Below are positions 56,570-64,000 of a stretch of DNA of 64,000 nt, in pieces. Origin of the DNA: Candidatus Altiarchaeota archaeon. Its GTDB lineage: Archaea; Altiarchaeota; Altiarchaeia; IMC4; SCGC-AAA252-I15. A program made the position numbers and the translations under genes. The notes beneath the pieces are model-generated. The model saw nothing but the letters and a program-made list of their open reading frames with translations. It was not told the origin of the DNA and ran no database searches. The stretch is taken from assembly GCA_043800255.1 (NCBI GenBank), contig JAZDNF010000009.1:32001-96000 (forward strand), in the 5' to 3' direction. The stretch's first letter is position 1, and each line of letters begins with the position of its first letter.

Positions 56570-58759
56570 TCATGAGCAGGACACGCTGAAGTCATCCACG
56601 TAGAGCCCCTGGAAGGTTATCCAACCGTCTGATTCAAGTCTGAACCTGATTCTCACGATGCTGCCGGCGTAATCTGTAAGGCTTATGCTATTCTGAGTCC
56701 AGCTGCTCTGCCAGCCTGAAATGGTCATCAAATTCTCCCAAGGACCGTTATCCGCTGAGATTTCAACGTATGCGCTGTCTCCGAACCATTCCAGCCGGTG
56801 CTTCTCCCAGAGCGTCAGGGAAGGTGCTGATGCAGTTGTCAGGTCAATCATCGGAGACATAAGCCACTCGTTCGCATTATTGTTATAGTATGAACTAAGG
56901 TCAGTCCCCCAGCAGTTGCCAGCCGAATGGCAGCTTCCCCAGTCGGGGTCGCCAAGTTCCCACTCGTTTTGTGAGCCGCCGTTAGTCCAGCCATCCTCGC
57001 CAGCCTCCATATCGTCCGAGAAGCCTGTGCACGGCTGTAGCGACGTCGTGGTTGACGAGGTCGTCGTAGACGATGACGTGGACGTCGTAGAAGTCGACGT
57101 TATCGATGTCGTAGAAGTCGTCGAACCTACGATGGTAGTGGACGTGCTCGTTGACGATGTCGTGGTCTCTACTGTGGTTGTAGTCGTTGACGTGGTTGTC
57201 ACATTCGATTGCATGCATGTGGATGCGTTCACGCATTCCGTGTCTATGGAATACGTGTAGGCATGGAAGCAATCCATCATCAGATCGTATGCGCCATCCG
57301 CACAAGAGCCCACAGCCTTGCAGCCGTCGACGTCCTGCCAGTAGAGGTAGTCGACCCACGTCCTGTTGTCGTCAACGACGATGCCGAAGCTGTCGAGTAT
57401 GTACGGGTCAACGAGGGTTTCCAACCCGATTGCGGTCGTGTTATAGTAAAGCCTTGACTGGTTGACGTATTTTTCAGACAGGTTATAGTTTCCGTCCAGC
57501 CTGTCGAAGAAGCTAGGTCCGTTGACAGCGTACTCCAAACATCCGACTCCCAATGAGGTCACATTGCTCACGGAATAGCATGATGTAGTAATGTTAGCTG
57601 TCGACATTCCCATGAGAACGTCGTGTTGACTGCATGAATCATCGTTTTTTATCATCACGCACGCATCAGTCCCTATGAGTGACTCATTGCAGCCGTCAGG
57701 CCTCTCGCAGCCGCCTCCGGGACCGAAGCCGGTTTCGTTGTCGAGTTTGCACGTGTGCGTGATCCAGGGTATCGTGAGTTCGCATTTCTCCCACGACTCC
57801 GGGTTAGTCGGCCCATAGTTGATGACTCCGGAAAAATGGTAGGGGCAGCTAGCGTTGAAACAGCACTGCTCGAAGCTGTTGCAGTTCCCGAAGGCCGTGT
57901 CAGTCACGAGAATCTTGTCATTGACGTATTCCCCAAAGGTGCTGCAGTAGGTCTGCCTCTCCGCAGGAGTTGTGCTGTCCTTGAGGTTAGACCAGAATAG
58001 GACCCTCCCCGATGCTATCCCCTCGCCTCCGTACGTAAGGCTGCAACCTGCGACTGTCTCCAGGTCAAGGTCGGTTGTACAGTTGGTTATGAACTTTATC
58101 AGGCGGCCGTCAGAGTTCAGCGGATACAGAACGTCTTCTAGGCCGAGTATCGAACTGAACGATTCGATACTGACCATGTCACCCCTGTAATAGCATAGGC
58201 CTGAATCGTCTGAAACGTCTATGATAGTATCGACTATGACCGCAAAATTCCACGCATCGTTCTGGACGACGGTTATGTTAGCCAGCGTTATGTTGACCTC
58301 GAAGTTCATGTTACTGCCTGCAACGTTTATCCTGGAAACCCACTCCGAGAGGGTGTGATTCAACATATATGTCACATTCTCACCGTGAAATGTCCCGCAG
58401 AGCGCTAATTCGGCGATAGCCGCCTCCGAGCCGTTCATGCTAAAATCGAATGCATTGCAGTCGACGCCGCACATTTCAGTGCAGTTGAAGCTGTAGTCCC
58501 CCAAGGCGGTCCCTGAGGTTATGACCTGGTCTATGGAGTATATCGCGGCCCGCCTGCCGAAGATTACAATCCCGCGCCGCATGTCCTCCTTCAGGTCGTT
58601 GATGAGATAGTGCAGCTCATCGCAGCGTATCTTGCCGACGGTGTCCTCGGATTTCGTATGGGACATGCTGATGTAGTATGAGACGAGGAATATGAGGGGG
58701 AGTATCAGCAGGATGACACCGATTGTGAACAGGTACCCTCTTCTATTTTTGACATTCAT
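56570..58759 (-). CDS. Large Cys-rich pilin-like adhesin with Thr/Ser linker and C-terminal jelly-roll-like domain
   Basis: Class III-like signal MNVKNRRG|YLFT plus hydrophobic helix, GPSFFDRLDG, about 50-aa T/S linker, F.DDME.G..GW…WGT…L.SP.IDL…G.YVDD. Confidence 0.75.
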   Translation of the reverse strand: MNVKNRRGYLFTIGVILLILPLIFLVSYYISMSHTKSEDTVGKIRCDELHYLINDLKEDMRRGIVIFGRRAAIYSIDQVITSGTALGDYSFNCTEMCGVDCNAFDFSMNGSEAAIAELALCGTFHGENVTYMLNHTLSEWVSRINVAGSNMNFEVNITLANITVVQNDAWNFAVIVDTIIDVSDDSGLCYYRGDMVSIESFSSILGLEDVLYPLNSDGRLIKFITNCTTDLDLETVAGCSLTYGGEGIASGRVLFWSNLKDSTTPAERQTYCSTFGEYVNDKILVTDTAFGNCNSFEQCCFNASCPYHFSGVINYGPTNPESWEKCELTIPWITHTCKLDNETGFGPGGGCERPDGCNESLIGTDACVMIKNDDSCSQHDVLMGMSTANITTSCYSVSNVTSLGVGCLEYAVNGPSFFDRLDGNYNLSEKYVNQSRLYYNTTAIGLETLVDPYILDSFGIVVDDNRTWVDYLYWQDVDGCKAVGSCADGAYDLMMDCFHAYTYSIDTECVNASTCMQSNVTTTSTTTTTVETTTSSTSTSTTIVGSTTSTTSITSTSTTSTSSSTTTSSTTTSLQPCTGFSDDMEAGEDGWTNGGSQNEWELGDPDWGSCHSAGNCWGTDLSSYYNNNANEWLMSPMIDLTTASAPSLTLWEKHRLEWFGDSAYVEISADNGPWENLMTISGWQSSWTQNSISLTDYAGSIVRIRFRLESDGWITFQGLYVDDFSVSCS

Positions 58760-58760
58760 T

Positions 58761-61403
58761 TTATATCCACACCACCAGGTTGAACTCGACAGGGCCCCAC
58801 AGGGACTGAACCCCGCCTGCGCTGCCATATTCGAAATTCACCATCTCAGTGTCGAATAGGAAGTCGACTCGCCCATCGTCGTCCAAATCCAGATGGTCTA
58901 AAAGCCTGTGCATCGAATCCGAAATCGCGTCGTCCTCGGTATAGTATCTTGACATGTTGGTATAATAGCACGTCTCATTGGAGACGTATCCTTCAACAGT
59001 CACGGGTTTTGTGATGTTACTCATGTCCTCGAATTCTATGGTCCAGTTGCACCCCATATTGTTCAAAAAGACGTTGCCGTATCCTATCAGGCTCTGTATT
59101 CTCAGCGTGTATATCCCCCGGTTGTCTGGAGAGCATGACGTCCTCTCAGTCTGGGAGTCGCCAGTTTCCAAAAAGACGGTGTTGTTCGCGCCTGAGCTGA
59201 GAAGACTGGCCGGTATTTGAACGACGTATGGGTCCCCCATCAACAGATAGTCCGGTCCGTAATCCCAGAGCCTGTAGACGGTCGAACCTTCGAATACCGA
59301 GTAGTCGGTCCAGTGCTCGCTTGAATATGATGTGACTTTGGCATCGGATACCCTGGCCTCCGGAGGAATCCATAATATTCCCTCGCAGCCTTCCGTGTCG
59401 TTGAACGCGTCAGTCCACAGCGTGAGGGATATTTCGCCGTAGCCCGACAGGTTAATGGAAGTAAAGTTGTATTCGATGTACGATGTCGGGTAAAGGTTCG
59501 ACTCGACCAAGCTGCCGCTCACATTTACCAGCTGGGCTTTCAGGCTGACGTTTATTATCTCCTCGGCGAAGCTCTCGTATATCTGTTCAAGTGCCAGAGT
59601 ATCATTGCTTGCTGTGTAGTTTCCGTTCCCGCATTCTGAGATGTTCCTGAGAGAATCCACGGCATATTGGCAGTTTATCGCCCCTGAGCCGAAGCCGATG
59701 GTGTGGACGACTGCGCCCTGCTCGCTGTTCGCCCTGCACGAGTCGTTAACCGCATTCTCGCTCGCGGTGTCATCAAGGTAGTCATCGCAGGTCCCGCTCC
59801 AGTAGAGGCCGTTTCCGCAGTAGGGGGAATTGCAGTTCCCCGTGTCCGTGCAGCAGCTGACGCGGTCCAGCTGGGCCTCATCGCACCTCAGGTTGGCGAT
59901 TCCGTCGGTCATCACTATGACGAACTTGTTTCTCGTCGGGTCGCTCTGGTTTTCCAGCATCAGCTTGGCCTCCCTTATCGCACAGCAGAGGCATGTCCCG
60001 CCGCTCGGAGCAGGGAAGCCGTCTATCGTGCTGTTCAGGCTGCTTTCGTTGTCGCTGAGGTCGTGCCGGTTTGTCGCGAGGTTGCTGTATGAGACGAGCC
60101 CAATCCTGTTGCCTGATGAGTTCAGGACGATGCTCACGAACTTCTTGTCAAGCTCCAGCGCGAGGTCCCACCTGCAGTCAGAGTCGGGGCAGCCTGTGGA
60201 GCAGTCGTCATTGCTGTTCACGCAGCGGTCCATGCTCCCGGACCTGTCGGTTATCAGGATGACGTCAGCGTTTCCGACGTACTGTATTCCGGACACGTTT
60301 CCAGTGCCGAAGCGCACGGGGATAGTCCTCTCGCTTAGGCTGTCATAGTTCAGGATGGAACTGAGGTTCGAATCGGACACGTCAATTGTCTGGTTGGAGT
60401 CGCTGCCCGAGCTGTTGAATATCAGCGTCGAGCCGATGGTCATGAAAGTAGAATAATTGCTTTGGAACTCCATGTGGACTGCCATCGAGGTGAGGTCGCC
60501 GGGGACATAGAATGACGCGTAATGGTTTATGAGGCCATCAATCCCCGAGAACCAGTACCTCTCGGTCTTTACTATTGGATCCGTATCCATCTCGGACGTG
60601 TTGAATGTCACCCTCATGTATCCGCCGCCGATGTACTGCAGATTAAGGTCCACGCCCGTGAAGACCAGCTTTATCTTATTGTCGGAGCCTGGCACGAAGT
60701 AGGATAGCGCCTCGGAGCTAACGCATCCGTCAGAGCCTTTGACCGATGCCAGCATGCTTCCAGCGGAGGGCGTGAACGATTCTGCGAAATTGTCGTTTAT
60801 GTAGAGGTCAAAATCGCCCGGAGTGTTGAGTTCGAGGCATGCCTGTTTTACTGTTGCATCAGAGGGTATGTCCCTCAAGAAGGCGGTTATGTTCCCCTGG
60901 CCCACGAACCCGCCGAAAAACACGTATTCTGAAGTTGATTTCTCCTTTATGTTTGTCAGGAAGGCCCTGGCAACGTGCCCCCTGATGGGCAGGCCGGCAC
61001 CGTAGCCGACTAGGAGCCGGCTGGAATGGGTCTTCGCAACGGCGTCTTCCTCCGGAATGCGGGTAGCGTTTTCGAGTATCGTATGATTGACGAAATTCTC
61101 GATGACCTCGACGCGGTATCCGACGGAGGGAGGTATCATGATTTCAAGATAATCTCTTATCGCATCTGCAGCCTCAGTGCCAGTAGACTCGTTAGCCCAC
61201 AATTCTCCGACGATGTCCAGCACGCCCTGGCGATTCAGCGTGTCAAGCACGTCCTCTGAGAGGTAGTGGAGGTTCTTGTAGGCGAAGTTCGACGTCTGAG
61301 TCATCTTGAACGTGTAGTTCCCGTAGAATGCTGTGGCAACCAGGATGACGAAAGTCAGAGCGACCATAGCATCGAGTATGACCGCCACACCCTTGCCCTT
61401 CAT
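58761..61403 (-). CDS. Large pilin-like protein with vWA domain
   Basis: MKGKG|VAVILDA plus hydrophobic helix; DRSGSM…GGT…MTDG MIDAS; many Cys and NxS/T sequons. Confidence 0.8.
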   Translation of the reverse strand: MKGKGVAVILDAMVALTFVILVATAFYGNYTFKMTQTSNFAYKNLHYLSEDVLDTLNRQGVLDIVGELWANESTGTEAADAIRDYLEIMIPPSVGYRVEVIENFVNHTILENATRIPEEDAVAKTHSSRLLVGYGAGLPIRGHVARAFLTNIKEKSTSEYVFFGGFVGQGNITAFLRDIPSDATVKQACLELNTPGDFDLYINDNFAESFTPSAGSMLASVKGSDGCVSSEALSYFVPGSDNKIKLVFTGVDLNLQYIGGGYMRVTFNTSEMDTDPIVKTERYWFSGIDGLINHYASFYVPGDLTSMAVHMEFQSNYSTFMTIGSTLIFNSSGSDSNQTIDVSDSNLSSILNYDSLSERTIPVRFGTGNVSGIQYVGNADVILITDRSGSMDRCVNSNDDCSTGCPDSDCRWDLALELDKKFVSIVLNSSGNRIGLVSYSNLATNRHDLSDNESSLNSTIDGFPAPSGGTCLCCAIREAKLMLENQSDPTRNKFVIVMTDGIANLRCDEAQLDRVSCCTDTGNCNSPYCGNGLYWSGTCDDYLDDTASENAVNDSCRANSEQGAVVHTIGFGSGAINCQYAVDSLRNISECGNGNYTASNDTLALEQIYESFAEEIINVSLKAQLVNVSGSLVESNLYPTSYIEYNFTSINLSGYGEISLTLWTDAFNDTEGCEGILWIPPEARVSDAKVTSYSSEHWTDYSVFEGSTVYRLWDYGPDYLLMGDPYVVQIPASLLSSGANNTVFLETGDSQTERTSCSPDNRGIYTLRIQSLIGYGNVFLNNMGCNWTIEFEDMSNITKPVTVEGYVSNETCYYTNMSRYYTEDDAISDSMHRLLDHLDLDDDGRVDFLFDTEMVNFEYGSAGGVQSLWGPVEFNLVVWI

Positions 61404-61951
61404 GTCGGGCCTCCGTACCATAGTGTCAGAACTATCCTGACTATCTGGCTCTCGTATAATGCGCTTCTCTGGACGGTTATTATGTTAGTCTCGTTCACAG
61501 CTTCCATCCCGGTTATGGCATCCCTGCCGTATACCTGGAAAACGGTCCCGTTAAGGTATGTCATTTGGAAATGGAAATCGTACTTGCCGACTCCTAGAAG
61601 ATACTTCGAGCAGTAGTAGTTGCTGATGTTGCCTGCGCATGAGTTATCATACTTTGACTGGTCCATCATGTCAATGAACCGGAGTATCTTGTCACCGACA
61701 AGGTTTCTGCTCTCATTGGACAGCCCGACTGAGATAGCATTCGCTGCAGTCCAGTTCTCAGGGTTCCCCGGCGTCCTGAGAAGCTGCTCTCCGATGTTGA
61801 CAGCCGTCTCCTGCATGTCAACAAAGTCATTTGACTTTCGGATTTCCCTGAGAGTGTAAGACCACATGAAAAAGATGATTGTCAGTATCATCATGAAGAT
61901 GAAGAATGCGAAGAAAAACTCGCCGCCGAAAAGTTGACTTCTCGTTTTCAT
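61400..61951 (-). CDS. Pilin-like protein (class III signal peptide)
   Basis: MKTRS|QLFGGE plus hydrophobic helix; L..T.G.P.NW……GL motif. Confidence 0.72.
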   Translation of the reverse strand: MKTRSQLFGGEFFFAFFIFMMILTIIFFMWSYTLREIRKSNDFVDMQETAVNIGEQLLRTPGNPENWTAANAISVGLSNESRNLVGDKILRFIDMMDQSKYDNSCAGNISNYYCSKYLLGVGKYDFHFQMTYLNGTVFQVYGRDAITGMEAVNETNIITVQRSALYESQIVRIVLTLWYGGPT

Positions 61952-61954
61952 CGT

Positions 61955-62998
61955 CTAGTCACATCGGAACCTGAAATTCAGATACTTTATCACGTTTTCG
62001 AACATGTCCCGGTTCGCAGGATCATATGAGGGGTCGCTTCCAGTATCCACGCTGCTTATTAGATAGGTGCCTTTGCCGTAATCCAGCTGTAGGAGATGAG
62101 CGTATTCCGTCGTGTCCTGAACATAAGCCAGGACGTCATACTCGGGAGGGAGATACATGAACGGTTCGCCCATCCTCAGATCGTCTGGATCGATTACGTT
62201 AGGATGCGAGAACAGAGGCGTCTGTATTGCGACGTCGGTGTCATTGTCCTCGAAGGCTGCTAGGCCAAGGTAGTGGGGAAGCCACTGCCATGAGTTGTTC
62301 CAGTTTTCATAGTCCTGCGAGCTTGACCAGAGTTTCCCGCCTGCAAGGACAAAGTTCTTTATCGAGTCTTCCGCGGCGGAGGAGAGGTTACCGCCTGATG
62401 AAGCGTTGATGCTGTTCTGGGCCAGCCACAGGATATCGAAGCAACCGAGTCTGTTATAGTCTTCCAGGTAGGAGACGTTATCTGTGAAGGTGACGTTGAT
62501 GTTACATGACTGGGAGATTCCGTCAAGCAGCAGCGGATCCATTCCATCCTCGTAGGGGCTGTAGAGGAGGACGTTGATATTGCCGCAGTTGGAGCGTATG
62601 CAAACTCTCCCGTCCTTGTTCATCACGCAGTTCCTCTCCGTTTCGCCCATTTTCAGGTCCAGGATGCTGACGTTCGAGACTATGACAGGCGTCGAAAGAA
62701 CGTAGTTCTCCCAGGTTATCTCTACGATATTCTCGTACGCGCTTATATTATAGTCCCTGTAGCCGAAGATCCTCTCAGGGATCGAGAAGTACAGGTAGAA
62801 GCCGGAACCCTGCTCGCTTATGGTGTTGATATTGTCGGCGACGCTGGTCATAATCCGTCTCGCATCCAAGAACATCTTCACCTCATCGCTCTCCCTGCTC
62901 TTCTCAATGGAAGTCAGAACAACGACCACGAAGATGAGCATTATAATCCCGATAGTGAGGATAAGCTCCATGCTGGCCTGGGAGAGGTTGCTTTTCAT
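61955..62998 (-). CDS. Pilin-like protein with C-terminal GATase-like alpha/beta domain
   Basis: Start MKSNLS|QASME (Q+1, E+5) plus hydrophobic helix; FDILWL…IKNFV.AGG…GKG. Confidence 0.72.
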   Translation of the reverse strand: MKSNLSQASMELILTIGIIMLIFVVVVLTSIEKSRESDEVKMFLDARRIMTSVADNINTISEQGSGFYLYFSIPERIFGYRDYNISAYENIVEITWENYVLSTPVIVSNVSILDLKMGETERNCVMNKDGRVCIRSNCGNINVLLYSPYEDGMDPLLLDGISQSCNINVTFTDNVSYLEDYNRLGCFDILWLAQNSINASSGGNLSSAAEDSIKNFVLAGGKLWSSSQDYENWNNSWQWLPHYLGLAAFEDNDTDVAIQTPLFSHPNVIDPDDLRMGEPFMYLPPEYDVLAYVQDTTEYAHLLQLDYGKGTYLISSVDTGSDPSYDPANRDMFENVIKYLNFRFRCD

Positions 62999-63032
62999 GT
63001 GTTTTATACCTCCAATTGGATTTATTAGTAAT

Positions 63033-64000
63033 ATGAGGACAACCAAAAAAAACACCGTTTTCGTGGGCCTGTTTGTTGTTCTCATATGCCTGCAAAACGC
63101 TGCAGGCAGCCAGGACTGGCCGACATTCAAGCACGACCTGACCAGAACAGGATATAACGACTATTACTCTAACTTCTCCCTGAACGATTTAGACCTTATC
63201 TGGAGCTTCAAGACAGGGGACATGGTAAGGTCCTCGCCTGTTGCAGCCGACTTCAACGGCGACGGGACGCTTGAGATAATAGTGTGCTCCTTCGACGGGA
63301 AATTGTACGGTTTAGACCATCAGGGGAACCTCCTGAAGACTTTTGACACTGGGAGCAGCATAAGGTCGACCCCAACCATAGACGACATAGACGGGGACGG
63401 CTGCAAGGAGATAGCATTCGGAGCAGACAACGGAATATTCTATCTCCTTAACTGCACCGGAGACCTCCTATGGAACTTTCCAACGGCAGGGCCGATAGAA
63501 TCATCGCCGCTGATGTATAATTTCGACCAGACGAGCCAGAAGGAGATGATATTCGGGTCAGGTGACGGCAACCTGTACGCCCTCAACCATGAGGGGAAGT
63601 TAAAATGGAAGTACCGCACGCAGGATATGATAAAGTCTTCCGTGGCTTTGGGCGACGCGACGGGGGACGGGGAAAGGAAACTCGTATTCGGGTCAGGTGA
63701 CGGCATACTCTACATCGTCTCTTACCCTCCTTACAAGATATGGCAGTTCCAGACGTCTGGTGCCGTGCAATCGACGCCGACCATATCAGACTACGATATC
63801 GACGGGAGAGTTGAGGTCATCCTGACGTCGACAGACTGGAAGGCGCAGGCAATCTACTATCACACTTACGCCGGAATCGGGGAGACGGGCCCAAGAGTCC
63901 TGAGAAAAGTCGGCAACAAGACGACGGTAACGCGGGAGGAGTATGTCTACTCAAAGTTCTCTTCCGAGTGGAATTACACGACAGGCAGCCACATAATCTC
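63033..64000 (+). CDS. Secreted FG-GAP/PQQ beta-propeller protein (3' end outside window); absent from supplied ORF track
   Basis: Manual translation MRTTKKNTVFVGLFVVLICLQNAAGSQDWPTFKHDLTRTG…WSFKTGD.VRSSP..ADFNGDG.LEII, with further repeats. Confidence 0.85.
   Translation, partial: MRTTKKNTVFVGLFVVLICLQNAAGSQDWPTFKHDLTRTGYNDYYSNFSLNDLDLIWSFKTGDMVRSSPVAADFNGDGTLEIIVCSFDGKLYGLDHQGNLLKTFDTGSSIRSTPTIDDIDGDGCKEIAFGADNGIFYLLNCTGDLLWNFPTAGPIESSPLMYNFDQTSQKEMIFGSGDGNLYALNHEGKLKWKYRTQDMIKSSVALGDATGDGERKLVFGSGDGILYIVSYPPYKIWQFQTSGAVQSTPTISDYDIDGRVEVILTSTDWKAQAIYYHTYAGIGETGPRVLRKVGNKTTVTREEYVYSKFSSEWNYTTGSHII

Noticed and set aside
57041-57200. GTCGAC/GTCGTA-rich low-complexity tract as a DNA repeat array
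   Set aside because: Explained by the Thr/Ser linker codons of the adhesin.

Overview
Gene-dense archaeal chromosome segment. Archaeal markers include the proteasome-alpha/SBDS/exosome/L37Ae/Rpo12/Pcc1/prefoldin superoperon, aIF-1A with RIO1, an intron-containing tRNA-Arg(TCG), dehydroquinate synthase II, Ftr and MptE. Gene content suggests an Altiarchaeota-like or related lineage, which is inference only. About 67 CDSs cover amino-acid and cofactor biosynthesis (ilvD, trpC, hisIE, aroB', pdxST, purD-like), H4MPT/C1-related genes, a MoxR-DUF58-vWA cluster, a Tad-like type IV pilus locus with large Cys-rich pilin-like adhesins, an orphan second secretion ATPase, two FG-GAP beta-propeller surface proteins and several orphans. 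No transposase, integrase, reverse transcriptase, CRISPR array or rRNA was seen. The most unusual signal is non-coding: a ~55-60 nt two-hairpin element in three clear intergenic copies (4949-5007 +, 5214-5267 +, 37196-37251 -) with compensatory base changes. Two copies are followed by an imperfect duplicate of the neighbouring gene end (tRNA 5' end; hps 3' end) and then by coding DNA with strong G/T skew. All calls come from reading motifs by eye; no database searches were run.
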